64,000 bases of DNA from a virus. Its lineage: Duplodnaviria > Caudoviricetes. Shown piece by piece: positions 8,104 to 17,018 of the stretch. The notes beneath the pieces were generated by a model, which ran no database searches, was not told the DNA's origin, and saw nothing but the letters and a program-made list of their open reading frames with translations. The stretch spans positions 1-64,000 of the IMG/VR virus record IMGVR_UViG_3300033463_000061; one strand, written 5' to 3'. Numbering within the stretch: position 1 is the first letter of the stretch; each line of letters begins with the position of its first letter. The position numbers and the translations under genes were made by a program.

Positions 8104-9404
8104 TACGGGTTACCTCCCTTGGCGAGACGGGCCAGGAACGCCTGCTTGTCGAACGCGGGGACCGCGTCGCCGGGAACGGTGCCCGGGGCGGGGGCCATCG
8201 GCTGCGCGGCGCCGGCCTTCACGGCGGCGGCGAGCGCGGCGCCGGCCTCGTTGGCGGGCGGCGGCACAGGAGCCGCGGCAGGGACCGCAGCGGCGGGCGG
8301 GACTGCGGGCGGCACGGCGGGCGGCACGGCGGGAACGGCCTGAGCCACAGGCGCAGCGGGCGGAACCGCGGCAGCGGGCGGGACGGCGGCTGCCGGCGGA
8401 ACAGCCGTAGCGTCAGGCACGGGCACAGCTGCAGGCACCGCAGGCTCGGGGACGAACCCGCTCTGGATCGTGTTGGTGGCCGCGGGCGCCGACGGGGGCT
8501 CTGGGATCTGGTACTTGCCTCCGAGCGCCAGCTTCAGGAGCGCGTACTCGTGATAGCCGGCGGGCGAACGGCCGGTAAGCTCGCGGACCAGGATGTTGAC
8601 GATCTGCTCGGCCGACAGGATGTTCAGGTAGGACTTGAGGTCGTTCAGGTCGTAGCGGGTGGCCATGATGTCCTGCGTTGCGGGGATCCTGAGCACGCGG
8701 CGGTTCGCGTCGAGCGCGAACTTCAGCGTGTAGCCGGACATCTCGCCCTTGTCGTGGCCCTTCTCGACCACGAACGCAGGAGCTCCCTGTGGCGCGGTGA
8801 TGTCGCCGTTGGCATACGCCGCCAGGTAGTTGGCAGCGACCTGCTCGGCCGTGGCGCTGGGCGAGGGCTGGAACACGAGGCCGTTCTCGCCGACCAGCTC
8901 GTTGGCGACACTCTTCGAGAAGATGCCGATGTGCGCGACGCGCTCAGCCTCGTTGGGCAGGTACACGTTGCAGAACAGGAACAGCCTCTTCGCGGGAAGA
9001 ACCGCGGGGACGCGGTTCGGGTCGCCGAACTTGCCGTCGTCGGTCAGGTACTGCCAGGTCGGGTCGGACTTGGCGACCTTGCGGACGATGTCGATCGGGC
9101 ACTCCTCGCCGACCGAGCTGAGCGACACGATGTCGTAGCGCTCCTTCCAGTCGCCTCGGCCGAGCCTGCGGTATACGTGCGCGCCGTTGCCCCAGCTGGA
9201 GAGCTGCGGCGTATCACCGGGCAGGATGGCCGGGAGGTACGAGATGCGCTTGTCCGGGTTCGCCGGGTCGATGGCGGGAAGGATGCTGAACGTGATCGGC
9301 TGCTTCCCGCTCATGAACTTCGTCTTCACCCCGTTCTTGGTGAAGATCTTGTCGGAGTTCTCGCCTTCCTCGGCGAGCCCGCTGAACATGGAGTTGAATC
9401 CCAT
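8103..9404 (-). CDS. Putative single-stranded DNA-binding protein (gp32-like) with a Pro/Ala tail
   Basis: FSILPA, EECPI, FCNVY and GDIT motifs; directly upstream of recA; strong promoter and leader. Confidence 0.55.
   Translation of the reverse strand: MGFNSMFSGLAEEGENSDKIFTKNGVKTKFMSGKQPITFSILPAIDPANPDKRISYLPAILPGDTPQLSSWGNGAHVYRRLGRGDWKERYDIVSLSSVGEECPIDIVRKVAKSDPTWQYLTDDGKFGDPNRVPAVLPAKRLFLFCNVYLPNEAERVAHIGIFSKSVANELVGENGLVFQPSPSATAEQVAANYLAAYANGDITAPQGAPAFVVEKGHDKGEMSGYTLKFALDANRRVLRIPATQDIMATRYDLNDLKSYLNILSAEQIVNILVRELTGRSPAGYHEYALLKLALGGKYQIPEPPSAPAATNTIQSGFVPEPAVPAAVPVPDATAVPPAAAVPPAAAVPPAAPVAQAVPAVPPAVPPAVPPAAAVPAAAPVPPPANEAGAALAAAVKAGAAQPMAPAPGTVPGDAVPAFDKQAFLARLAKGGNP
8270..8450 (-). 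repeat. Degenerate 12/18-bp coding repeats, (PPAAAV)n and (PPAV)n
   Basis: Visible in the translation. Confidence 0.8.
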
Positions 9405-9474
9405 TTTCGTTTTCCTTTGTGTTGTTTTGTGTGTTGTTTTGTTTGTATTCGGCCCTAGTACGTGGGCAAGCGGT

Positions 9475-9483
9475 ATTATACCA
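9475..9483 (-). promoter_or_regulatory. Extended -10 promoter TGGTATAAT for the SSB-recA operon
   Basis: Exact motif in an intergenic gap, followed by an A/C-rich leader. Confidence 0.75.
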
Positions 9484-9499
9484 AAATCCTGCGTTCCGG

Positions 9500-9883
9500 T
9501 CATCCGTAATAAGTGCCCTGTATTGAGCGCAGATTGGCGCGGATCTGCCTGGCCGTCAGCTTCGGGAGCCGGTCGTCCTTGCGGCGCGCCCTCTGGTATT
9601 GCTTCTGCAGGTCCTTTACGAGCTCGTCCATGCCGCTGTACGCGAGGCTGAACAGGCCAGGCTTGTGCGTGATGGAGAGGTAGTACACCGTCTCGTCGTT
9701 GAGCGGGTCCCCGTGGCCCCAGTCCTCGTGTCCGTCGTCGTTTATCGGGAACGCCTCGCCCGTGAACGAGAACTGCGACTCGATCACGTCGATCTCGGCC
9801 AGCTCCTGCAGCAGGTCCTCGTCGTCGACGAGCTTGTTCAGCAGGAGCCCGTGGTCGCAGAATGCGTAGTTACGTGTGCTCAT
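9500..9883 (-). CDS. Hypothetical protein
   Basis: Start MSTRNY, translationally coupled. Confidence 0.75.
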   Translation of the reverse strand: MSTRNYAFCDHGLLLNKLVDDEDLLQELAEIDVIESQFSFTGEAFPINDDGHEDWGHGDPLNDETVYYLSITHKPGLFSLAYSGMDELVKDLQKQYQRARRKDDRLPKLTARQIRANLRSIQGTYYG

Positions 9884-10269
9884 GCGGCGATCCTCCCCAT
9901 CAGCTCGTTTACGCGGTCGGCGATTCCGTTGATCGTGCAGTACGTGTTCGGGCCGCCGGTCCAGTCCTTGGCGTGCTTCATCGTGCGGACGAGGATGTTG
10001 TCCGCCCAGCGGTGCGGGAAGAACCGCACGTCGCTGATGGCCAGGTACACGAACTTGTCGCGCACGGCGCCGTTCCCGGGCTTCTTGATGACGGCCGAGA
10101 ACTCGTAGTGGTTCCGGTGCATGTCGACCTTGTAGCCGGGAAGGATTTTGCGCAGGTAGCGCGCATAGGCGTTCTCGAACTGCTTGTAGTCCGGGCCGGT
10201 CGTTCCGCCGCTTGAGAACTCGTAGCCCCACCAAGGCCGCAGCTTCTCAGGTATGTCTTCCTTTGTCAT
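9880..10269 (-). CDS. Hypothetical protein
   Basis: 129 aa, GC3-biased. Confidence 0.8.
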   Translation of the reverse strand: MTKEDIPEKLRPWWGYEFSSGGTTGPDYKQFENAYARYLRKILPGYKVDMHRNHYEFSAVIKKPGNGAVRDKFVYLAISDVRFFPHRWADNILVRTMKHAKDWTGGPNTYCTINGIADRVNELMGRIAA

Positions 10270-10280
10270 CTCCGTCCCCC

Positions 10281-10589
10281 TTAGCGGTAGTCAATCTCCA
10301 CTACCTTCTTGAGTTTTACATCGTGCTCATCGCGCCAAGCCCGTTTACACTTTTTCACCAGCCTTTGCGCCTCTTTTTTCCTGCGTGTCTCGAACAGGGC
10401 GCGCAGATTCCCGTCTACGTATACCCCGTATTCTATGCGTCCTGTTTTACCGGCAGGGCGGCGACCCATGAACCCTGCAAGAGACTCTGTCATGTTATGT
10501 ATCCGTGCTATCATAACGGCAAATGCCTCGCCTCTGGTTAGGCGGAAGTTGCCGCGGCTCGTCGCACGATTGGTAGTCACGCGTGCCAT
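10281..10589 (-). CDS. Hypothetical basic protein
   Basis: 102 aa; GAGGA RBS. Confidence 0.65.
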   Translation of the reverse strand: MARVTTNRATSRGNFRLTRGEAFAVMIARIHNMTESLAGFMGRRPAGKTGRIEYGVYVDGNLRALFETRRKKEAQRLVKKCKRAWRDEHDVKLKKVVEIDYR

Positions 10590-10590
10590 T

Positions 10591-10878
10591 TCAGTCCTCC
10601 TCGTCCTTTATCCGCCGCAGTCCGGCGATCACGTACACCAGCCTGCCCTGCACCGGGAACGGCATGGACACGAGCTCGTCGAGCCCGTGTTCGTCCAGTA
10701 TGCGCTCGAACGTGTCGCACCACTTCCCGCGGACGTCGGGTCCGGCGTCGAGTTCGTCGGTGGCGAACCCTATCTGGCCGTCGGACTTCTCCGCGTCCCT
10801 GATCACGTCCCCCACCATGTGCTCGCCGAGGGCCTTCTTTATGTCGGCCACGGCGGCATCCAGCTGCTTGCGCGTCAT
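10591..10878 (-). CDS. Hypothetical protein
   Basis: 95 aa; GGAGG RBS. Confidence 0.75.
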   Translation of the reverse strand: MTRKQLDAAVADIKKALGEHMVGDVIRDAEKSDGQIGFATDELDAGPDVRGKWCDTFERILDEHGLDELVSMPFPVQGRLVYVIAGLRRIKDEED

Positions 10879-10887
10879 GTCTGCCTC

Positions 10888-11424
10888 CTATCTGTTGTCG
10901 ATCCACATCTCGAACACGGCCGTTTCCGTGTCGATGCCAGTCCACGCGCCGTCGGTCGCGTTCCCGTTTGCCTTGTCGCCGACAAGCTCGAGGACTTCGT
11001 CGGGGTCTAGGCTGACTTCCTCGACCTCCCCGTCCTCGTTCACCGACTCGAACTCGAGGCTCGTGCCGATGCGCCCGCCGTAGTTGAAGAGCTGGAGCCC
11101 GGAGGGCGTCTTGCCGTCCGCGCAGTACGAGACCTTCAGGCCTTCGTCCTTGTGCTCCTCGGCCCACGCGGCTATCACCTCCGCCACGGTGGCCGTCCCT
11201 TCGTTGTAGTGAAGCCCGACCGACAGCAGGGCCTCTGGGCCCTCGTGGCGCAGTCGCTCGTACAGCGCGTCGCAGTCGACGACACCGTCGTTGTCGGCCT
11301 CCAGCTGCAGGAACTGCTCCCACTTGCCGGCGTCCTTCATCATCTTGATCTCATCCTCGACGGCGGTGCCCTCGGGGTTCGCGATCCACTTGATGTCGTT
11401 TTCGTCTGTTGTCTGGAATTTCAT
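10888..11424 (-). CDS. Highly acidic hypothetical protein
   Basis: 178 aa; about 41 D/E versus about 13 K/R (hand count). Confidence 0.8.
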   Translation of the reverse strand: MKFQTTDENDIKWIANPEGTAVEDEIKMMKDAGKWEQFLQLEADNDGVVDCDALYERLRHEGPEALLSVGLHYNEGTATVAEVIAAWAEEHKDEGLKVSYCADGKTPSGLQLFNYGGRIGTSLEFESVNEDGEVEEVSLDPDEVLELVGDKANGNATDGAWTGIDTETAVFEMWIDNR

Positions 11425-11427
11425 GTC

Positions 11428-11643
11428 TCACCTCTGTCCGTTTGCGTACATATCGGGCCCCATGTAGTAGGCGTATGCCCCTGCCCGTATGACCAGGGCG
11501 TTCCTGCCCCAGTACTTCTTCCGCATTCCCGCTATGCTCGGGTACGGCCCGGCCGACCCGACGCAGCTCCGCTCCAGCGCGCGCACCACCTCGGGGCGGC
11601 CGCGGGTGCGGTAGTATAGCGTCCTTCCTCGTCCTGTGCCCAT
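11428..11643 (-). CDS. Hypothetical protein
   Basis: Start MGTGRG; TGATG coupling. Confidence 0.7.
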   Translation of the reverse strand: MGTGRGRTLYYRTRGRPEVVRALERSCVGSAGPYPSIAGMRKKYWGRNALVIRAGAYAYYMGPDMYANGQR

Positions 11644-12182
11644 CAGCAGCCTCCGATGTTTGTCGGGTCGTACGGGACGATTTCGCCGCGCAGGGGCCCG
11701 GGGGACGCCGTGCGCCGCGCCTTCGCCTTCGCGGCCTTCCGCTCGCACCGCTCAAACGCCTCCCGGACGCGCTTCGGCATCCACATCGACAGCCTGACTG
11801 TTGCGATGATCGGCGTGCCGTCTTCCGGGACGAGCGTGACCGTCGGGTACGCCTTGGCCCGGAGCGAGCGCTGCACGAGATCGCCGCGCCCGCACTTCAG
11901 GAGAAGCCTGCGCATGGTCTCGCAGCACACCTTCTTCCAGCCGGCGACCGTCATCCGCTCGATGACGTCGTCGACGGCGCACGTCGGGCCGAACCCGTTG
12001 TTGTACGTGATCTCGACCTTGCCGTCCCTGGCCTCGACGCCGTGCGCTTTGGTCGTGCCGAGGGTGGCGAAGATCGCGTCGACGATCCTGTCGCAGGCAT
12101 CGCCGTCCGGCTCGCTCTGCGCGACATCCCACGCCCTGCGGCGGTCCTCGCCGTACAGGGTCTCGTCTTGTCCGTCGCTCAT
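11643..12182 (-). CDS. Hypothetical protein
   Basis: Start MSDGQ, coupled. Confidence 0.75.
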   Translation of the reverse strand: MSDGQDETLYGEDRRRAWDVAQSEPDGDACDRIVDAIFATLGTTKAHGVEARDGKVEITYNNGFGPTCAVDDVIERMTVAGWKKVCCETMRRLLLKCGRGDLVQRSLRAKAYPTVTLVPEDGTPIIATVRLSMWMPKRVREAFERCERKAAKAKARRTASPGPLRGEIVPYDPTNIGGC

Positions 12183-12589
12183 GTCGCCTCCTTGTCGTGG
12201 AAGTGCCTGTCGAGGTGGTCGCGCAGCTCGATGAACGCGTTTACGGCGCACACGGTCTCGCAGGCGGACACGCCGTCCACGTCCTCGAACGTGGCGATTA
12301 TGTCGCCTGCGTCGGCGTGCTTCGAGTCCGGGAACACGAGTCGCCCGCGCGAGATCCACGGGGTGTTCAGGCTCGTGGTAGGGACGCCGCGCGCGATCTT
12401 CCTCAGGCCGCGCAGGAGCGCCTTGAGCTGGGCCACCTCCTCTTTAAGCGCCTGTACCTCGCGGGCGTGCGCCGCCGCCATCGCGTCCACGTACGGGTCT
12501 ACCGTGTGGCACGTGAATATGCCTTCACGGTCTCCGCACATGACGTGCCTGGCCTTTTCGGCCGCTGCGTCGAATGTCTCGTTAGCCAT
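12179..12589 (-). CDS. Hypothetical protein
   Basis: 136 aa. Confidence 0.75.
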   Translation of the reverse strand: MANETFDAAAEKARHVMCGDREGIFTCHTVDPYVDAMAAAHAREVQALKEEVAQLKALLRGLRKIARGVPTTSLNTPWISRGRLVFPDSKHADAGDIIATFEDVDGVSACETVCAVNAFIELRDHLDRHFHDKEAT

Positions 12590-12839
12590 TTGCGTCCTCC
12601 TCCGGGTCGTACTCCTCGTCGCCCTCGTGCGGGTCTATGGAAAGCACGATGTCCCCCGGCTTGTGGGCGGTGACCATCATGTTCGGGTTGACGCCGTTGT
12701 TGCCCTCGACGTCCCCGATGCAGATGCGCGTGTCCAGGCCCTTCGGGAACTCGCCGGTGTCGCCGACGATCTCCACGAGCTGCCGGACGGTCATCGGGCC
12801 ATAGTGGCTCTTGTCCTCGATGAACGGGTTCGGTGTCAT
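12582..12839 (-). CDS. Hypothetical acidic protein
   Basis: Start MTPNPF, coupled to the methyltransferase stop. Confidence 0.75.
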   Translation of the reverse strand: MTPNPFIEDKSHYGPMTVRQLVEIVGDTGEFPKGLDTRICIGDVEGNNGVNPNMMVTAHKPGDIVLSIDPHEGDEEYDPEEDANG

Positions 12840-13525
12840 TGCATTTGTTCCTTTCCTTCGATGGTTATCTCGTCCCCGTCCGTGCACGCGGCGCGTATGC
12901 GGGCCTCGGCCGCGTCGAAGAACATGTCCTCGACCTCGCAGCCGATGTAGCTCCCGACGCCGACGGTCTTGCACGCGATGGCGCACGACCCGCTCCCCAT
13001 GAAGGGGTCCAGGACGGTCACGTCCTGCAGGTACGGCCCGGAGCTTCCCGCGACGTACGTCCGCAGCAACCAGCGGTAGAGCGCCACCGGCTTCTGGTGC
13101 GGGTGGATCTTCTTGGTGCCGGTCTCCTCGCCCATGCGGTAGCCGTCCCACCCGAGCGAGATGAGGTTGCACGGTATCCTGTACGACGTTCCGGCTATCT
13201 CGCACTTCGAGTACCGGAACGTGGCGCTCTGCTGCGCCATCTTGTCCCAGACGAGCAGGTAGTTCGTCGGCTCGAGCATGTCGGTGAAGTAGTTCCACCC
13301 CCAGATGATCCAGTTGCTCGACACGCGCTTCATCTCCGCGAAGTACTCGGGATCCGGCCGCCTGTTCATGTACTGGCAGTCCCGGTACCTCATGCGCGCC
13401 CTCCAGTCGCGCTTCTCCCAGTCGCGCCCGATGCCGTAGGGCGGGTCGGCGACCGTGACCACCGACGCGTCCCCCAGCTCGCGCATGACCTCGAGGCAGT
13501 CACGCCTGCACAGCCTCAGTTTCAT
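12836..13525 (-). CDS. Amino DNA methyltransferase (N6-A/N4-C), beta class
   Basis: DPPY (motif IV), HPHQKP, VLDPFMGSGS (motif I). Confidence 0.92.
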   Translation of the reverse strand: MKLRLCRRDCLEVMRELGDASVVTVADPPYGIGRDWEKRDWRARMRYRDCQYMNRRPDPEYFAEMKRVSSNWIIWGWNYFTDMLEPTNYLLVWDKMAQQSATFRYSKCEIAGTSYRIPCNLISLGWDGYRMGEETGTKKIHPHQKPVALYRWLLRTYVAGSSGPYLQDVTVLDPFMGSGSCAIACKTVGVGSYIGCEVEDMFFDAAEARIRAACTDGDEITIEGKEQMQ

Positions 13526-13790
13526 GTGGACCTCCGCCTTGACACGCCCACAAGGGCCCGTCGAGCAGTTCGAGAGCCGCCGCGACGGTCCTCCTGTCCA
13601 TGCACGTGACCAGTGACTTGTCGTCCATGGCCGACATGTGCAGGCCGCCTTTCAGCGTGCATTTGTGCACGCACAGGCAGGGCACCCCGTTTACTTCGTT
13701 TATCGCAAGCGAGTACCTGCCGTCGCTCGTGACCCCGGCTGTCGTGACCTGGCAGCCGGTTATGTTGAATTTTCTGCTGCGTCTGGCCAT
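13500..13790 (-). CDS. Hypothetical protein
   Basis: 96 aa. Confidence 0.65.
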   Translation of the reverse strand: MARRSRKFNITGCQVTTAGVTSDGRYSLAINEVNGVPCLCVHKCTLKGGLHMSAMDDKSLVTCMDRRTVAAALELLDGPLWACQGGGPHETEAVQA

Positions 13791-13793
13791 GGC

Positions 13794-14180
13794 TCACCAC
13801 CAGTCGATCGTAATCGTGGCTATCTTCTGCTTCCGAGCCGCCGCGACGCCTTGCTTGAGGAGCTCGGCGCATTGCTCGCCGTGCACGCCGCCGTCTATGT
13901 CCTTGACGTATCCCGGCCGCCTGCGGAGCTGCGCGGCTACCTCCAGGACCCTGGCGTAGTCGACGAACCACTTGCGCTTCCTGCCCCTGCCCTTCTGCCT
14001 TTCCGGTATCTGTATCTCCCAGTGGTCCGCGTCCTCGACGTTGACGAAGTCCGAGGTGCCGGATGCCGTGACTTCGAGCCCCCTCCCGGTTAGGAACTCG
14101 CACAGCGAGCTCTGCGCCCAGTCAGAGACGCACGAGCCGTACTCCGGCTGCCGCGTCATCACGTATCCACGGCGGCCCAT
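13794..14180 (-). CDS. Hypothetical protein
   Basis: 128 aa. Confidence 0.75.
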   Translation of the reverse strand: MGRRGYVMTRQPEYGSCVSDWAQSSLCEFLTGRGLEVTASGTSDFVNVEDADHWEIQIPERQKGRGRKRKWFVDYARVLEVAAQLRRRPGYVKDIDGGVHGEQCAELLKQGVAAARKQKIATITIDWW

Positions 14181-14181
14181 G

Positions 14182-14493
14182 TCAGCGCCCCCTTTCCCCG
14201 TCGCCGAACGGCCAGACGGTCGCGACGAGGACGGCGCACTCCTCGTGATCGTCCAGCGTGAGTATCGGGCAGCACTCGAGCAGCGCCTTCCCGGCCAGCA
14301 CGCGCGAGTGCTCGAGCTGGTCTATCAGCGAGGCGCCGCTCGGCGCGGACATGGTCGTCGCGTCGGACGCGTTCTTGCCGCGCTGGTCGCGCACGACGAG
14401 CCTGACGTAGCACCGCGTTTGCTCCAGTACGTCGCGGAGCTTTGGCGCCGGGGCGCCCTTTCCGCCCTGTTTAGCGTTTTGGTTTGCGGACAT
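14182..14493 (-). CDS. Hypothetical protein
   Basis: 103 aa; AAGGA RBS. Confidence 0.7.
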   Translation of the reverse strand: MSANQNAKQGGKGAPAPKLRDVLEQTRCYVRLVVRDQRGKNASDATTMSAPSGASLIDQLEHSRVLAGKALLECCPILTLDDHEECAVLVATVWPFGDGERGR

Positions 14494-14731
14494 TTTCCTT
14501 CTCCTTCCCGAGAGGTTCGCTCTCGAATGTCATGTGCTTGTTCTCCGCCAGGTCCATCCAGCGCTGGCCGCCCATGGCCTCGCAGAAGTGCTCGGCGACG
14601 AGCTTGGCCTCCCTTTCGTGGTGGGCCGTGACCTCCATCGAGAACGAGAGCTCGACGGAGGCCCGGACCCGGAACTTCTTCAGGCGGTCCCCGAAGTGCA
14701 TGTCGTCGGTCTTGAGCCTGATGTCGGTCAT
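14471..14731 (-). CDS. Small protein, DpnD/PcfM-like pattern
   Basis: KFRV...MEVTAHHEREAK. Confidence 0.65.
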   Translation of the reverse strand: MTDIRLKTDDMHFGDRLKKFRVRASVELSFSMEVTAHHEREAKLVAEHFCEAMGGQRWMDLAENKHMTFESEPLGKEKENVRKPKR

Positions 14732-15039
14732 TTGCGCGCCTCCTTCTGCGAGATCGGGACGATCTTGAACACGCGGCAGGCGTAGTACCACGGCTCGAGC
14801 CCCATCTTGGTTGTGATGATGTAGCCACCAGCGTCGCCTTCCGCGGGCTCGTACACGGCCGGCGGCAGGCAGTCGCACTTCGTGGCGTTGCGGAAGTTGG
14901 CGACTTCCTCTTCCGCCTTCTTCGCGGCGTACGCCAGCACGTCGTCCGGCGTCTCGAACGTGTGCTCGCAGGTGTCGTGCCCCGACTCGGTCGGGTACAG
15001 CCACTCCTCCACGAGCACGTAGTATACAAACTGTGTCAT
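14728..15039 (-). CDS. Hypothetical protein
   Basis: 103 aa, coupled. Confidence 0.75.
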   Translation of the reverse strand: MTQFVYYVLVEEWLYPTESGHDTCEHTFETPDDVLAYAAKKAEEEVANFRNATKCDCLPPAVYEPAEGDAGGYIITTKMGLEPWYYACRVFKIVPISQKEARK

Positions 15040-15305
15040 GCTTCGTCCCTCACTATTGTGTCCAGCGTTTCGACGGTGTTTTCCATGTCGACGTCGGTAA
15101 GGCGTGCCACGGCGTACAGGATGGACGTGAGCCGATCGTACATCTTGTTACCCTTGCGGGTCATGAACTGCCGGCTGCCGTCCGGGAACTCCCTCGGGCG
15201 CCGCAGGAAGAACCTGTCGTACTTCCCGTCGTTCATGACTGCAAGCAGGTCCTCCAGCGTCGGGTTCTTCAGCTCGTCCAGCTTCTTCGTCGTGATCCTG
15301 GGCAT
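15036..15305 (-). CDS. Hypothetical protein
   Basis: 89 aa. Confidence 0.75.
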   Translation of the reverse strand: MPRITTKKLDELKNPTLEDLLAVMNDGKYDRFFLRRPREFPDGSRQFMTRKGNKMYDRLTSILYAVARLTDVDMENTVETLDTIVRDEA

Positions 15306-15306
15306 G

Positions 15307-15486
15307 TCACTTCTCCCGCATGAACATGACGAAGTTGTACGCCCACATCACGATGCTAGTGAGCCAGCCCGCGAGGCAGGCGGCCCACGCCGGGTTGTTT
15401 CCGAAATGGTGCGCCACGGACACTCCGCAGCCGCACGCGGCCAGCGGCACGCACCAGAGCAGCATGCGCTTTCTGTACTTGTTCAT
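15307..15486 (-). CDS. Small membrane protein
   Basis: 59 aa MNKYRKRMLLWCVPL...WLTSIVMWAYNF; fills the gap with ATGA coupling. Confidence 0.6.
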   Translation of the reverse strand: MNKYRKRMLLWCVPLAACGCGVSVAHHFGNNPAWAACLAGWLTSIVMWAYNFVMFMREK

Positions 15487-15710
15487 AGTGTCTCCCTGTG
15501 TTTTTCATCCTGCCCGCTCCGTGCGGCGGGTTCCCCCGGCGTCCCGGCGTCCGGCGCGTCGGCGACCAGGACGAGGTCGCCATAGCGCCACTCGGCGCGC
15601 GTGAGGTCCCCCGTCATGCCGCCTACGGAGACCTTCACCGTGCGCCCGTCGGTCCGGACGTTCCCGCTCCAGTGGTCGCGCAGGAGCTCGATCGTCTCTG
15701 CGAGCGTCAT
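15483..15710 (-). CDS. Hypothetical protein
   Basis: Start MTLAET, coupled. Confidence 0.65.
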   Translation of the reverse strand: MTLAETIELLRDHWSGNVRTDGRTVKVSVGGMTGDLTRAEWRYGDLVLVADAPDAGTPGEPAARSGQDEKHRETL

Positions 15711-16138
15711 TTCGCCTTCCCTTTCTTCCCCTTGACCGGCGCGAGCAGCCGGTTCATGACTTCGGGGCTGACGAGGATCTTGTCTCCGGCCTTTTGGTTG
15801 GTTTTCATGGCCTCGGGCCTTATGACCACCCAGCGCCCGGTCGGCCACATCGGCTCCCCGCCATTCACGGGGAGCGCGAAGCGCGTGTTGCCGCCGAACT
15901 TCGAGCCGTCCTGTACGACCTCTATGGCAAGCACCCCAGTTGAGAACTTCTTCTTGCACTCGTCGCACGGGTTGAGGTCGAAGCACGCCTCGCGCGGCGC
16001 CTCCGCGTCGTTGTCCCCGTCCTTGCGGATCCTGCCGATGATGGCCACGCCCATCGGCTTCCCGCACCAGAAACATGTCGCCAGCGACGGGTTGAGCCCG
16101 TGCTTCGGCGAAATTGGTATTCCCTTGTCCTTAGCCAT
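15707..16138 (-). CDS. Zinc-binding hypothetical protein
   Basis: SPKHGLNPS..CFWC...PCDEC. Confidence 0.8.
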   Translation of the reverse strand: MAKDKGIPISPKHGLNPSLATCFWCGKPMGVAIIGRIRKDGDNDAEAPREACFDLNPCDECKKKFSTGVLAIEVVQDGSKFGGNTRFALPVNGGEPMWPTGRWVVIRPEAMKTNQKAGDKILVSPEVMNRLLAPVKGKKGKAK

Positions 16139-16304
16139 TGTTCTCTCCTTCCGTGTTTGTGAGGATGATCCGGTGTACCAGGTTTTCGTCCACGTCTACG
16201 GCGACGGAGCGGACCGGTACCGCCTCCTCGCCGTTTATGCTGACGTAGACGACGCGGCCGAGCGATATCGGGTCGGCCTTCGCGATTACCTCCTGCAGCG
16301 TCAT
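16131..16304 (-). CDS. Hypothetical protein
   Basis: Start MTLQEV; TGATG coupling. Confidence 0.65.
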   Translation of the reverse strand: MTLQEVIAKADPISLGRVVYVSINGEEAVPVRSVAVDVDENLVHRIILTNTEGENNG

Positions 16305-16831
16305 CAGCCCCTCCTGAGTATGAGTTTCTTCATTACCCGCGGGCGGTACCCGTAGTGCACGACCATCTCGTCGCGCAGCCACGCGTACTCGCCCTCCGGG
16401 CACGGCTTGGTGGCGCGCCTGTACCAGTCGAGGCTGGCCTCCGAGTGCTGGCCCGTGTGCTCGTACGACATGACGAACCCCTGTTTCGCAGCGGCGTCCG
16501 GCAGGAACGCGACCGGCTCCCACCGGCGGTCGTGCATGTTCCAGTACTTCCGGAACACGATGCGGTCTGGCGGCAGCTCCTCGGCCACCCAGTCCTCCGT
16601 GTCGCACGCGAGCCCGAACGCGGGGCACGAGTTGAACTCGTTGCGCGTGCCCTCGATCGGGTACACGAGCTTCAGTCCCTCCTTCAGGAGCTTCTTCTCG
16701 TAGTCCGTGACGAGCTTCTTGTCCTCGTCGTCGAGCCCGCTCGAGTCGGCGTTCGCGAAGTACGAGGAGGCCCAGCAGGGCACTCCTTCAACTTTCGTGA
16801 ACTTCGGCCTGTTCCGTCTTTTCGCCTTCAT
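16304..16831 (-). CDS. Two-domain hypothetical protein
   Basis: N-terminal part YFANADSSGL...PAFGL; C-terminal part VFRK...SYEHTGQHS...EY..L..GY. Confidence 0.75.
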   Translation of the reverse strand: MKAKRRNRPKFTKVEGVPCWASSYFANADSSGLDDEDKKLVTDYEKKLLKEGLKLVYPIEGTRNEFNSCPAFGLACDTEDWVAEELPPDRIVFRKYWNMHDRRWEPVAFLPDAAAKQGFVMSYEHTGQHSEASLDWYRRATKPCPEGEYAWLRDEMVVHYGYRPRVMKKLILRRG

Positions 16832-16997
16832 CTCCGCCTCCCTTCAGGTGCCGCAGCATCTTTTCCCGCGCCCATGCGATTCCGCAGGTCTCGTCGTGGT
16901 GCAGTGGCAGGTACCTGTCCCTGTCCTCCGCGTACTTCCCGTCCGTTATGTTCTCGCGGACCCATTCCGCGAGCTGCTCAGCCTCCTGGCCTGTCAT
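16788..16997 (-). CDS. Hypothetical protein
   Basis: 69 aa; GGAGG RBS. Confidence 0.7.
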   Translation of the reverse strand: MTGQEAEQLAEWVRENITDGKYAEDRDRYLPLHHDETCGIAWAREKMLRHLKGGGDEGEKTEQAEVHES

Positions 16998-17018
16998 CGC
17001 TCCTCCTTTCTCCTGGTT

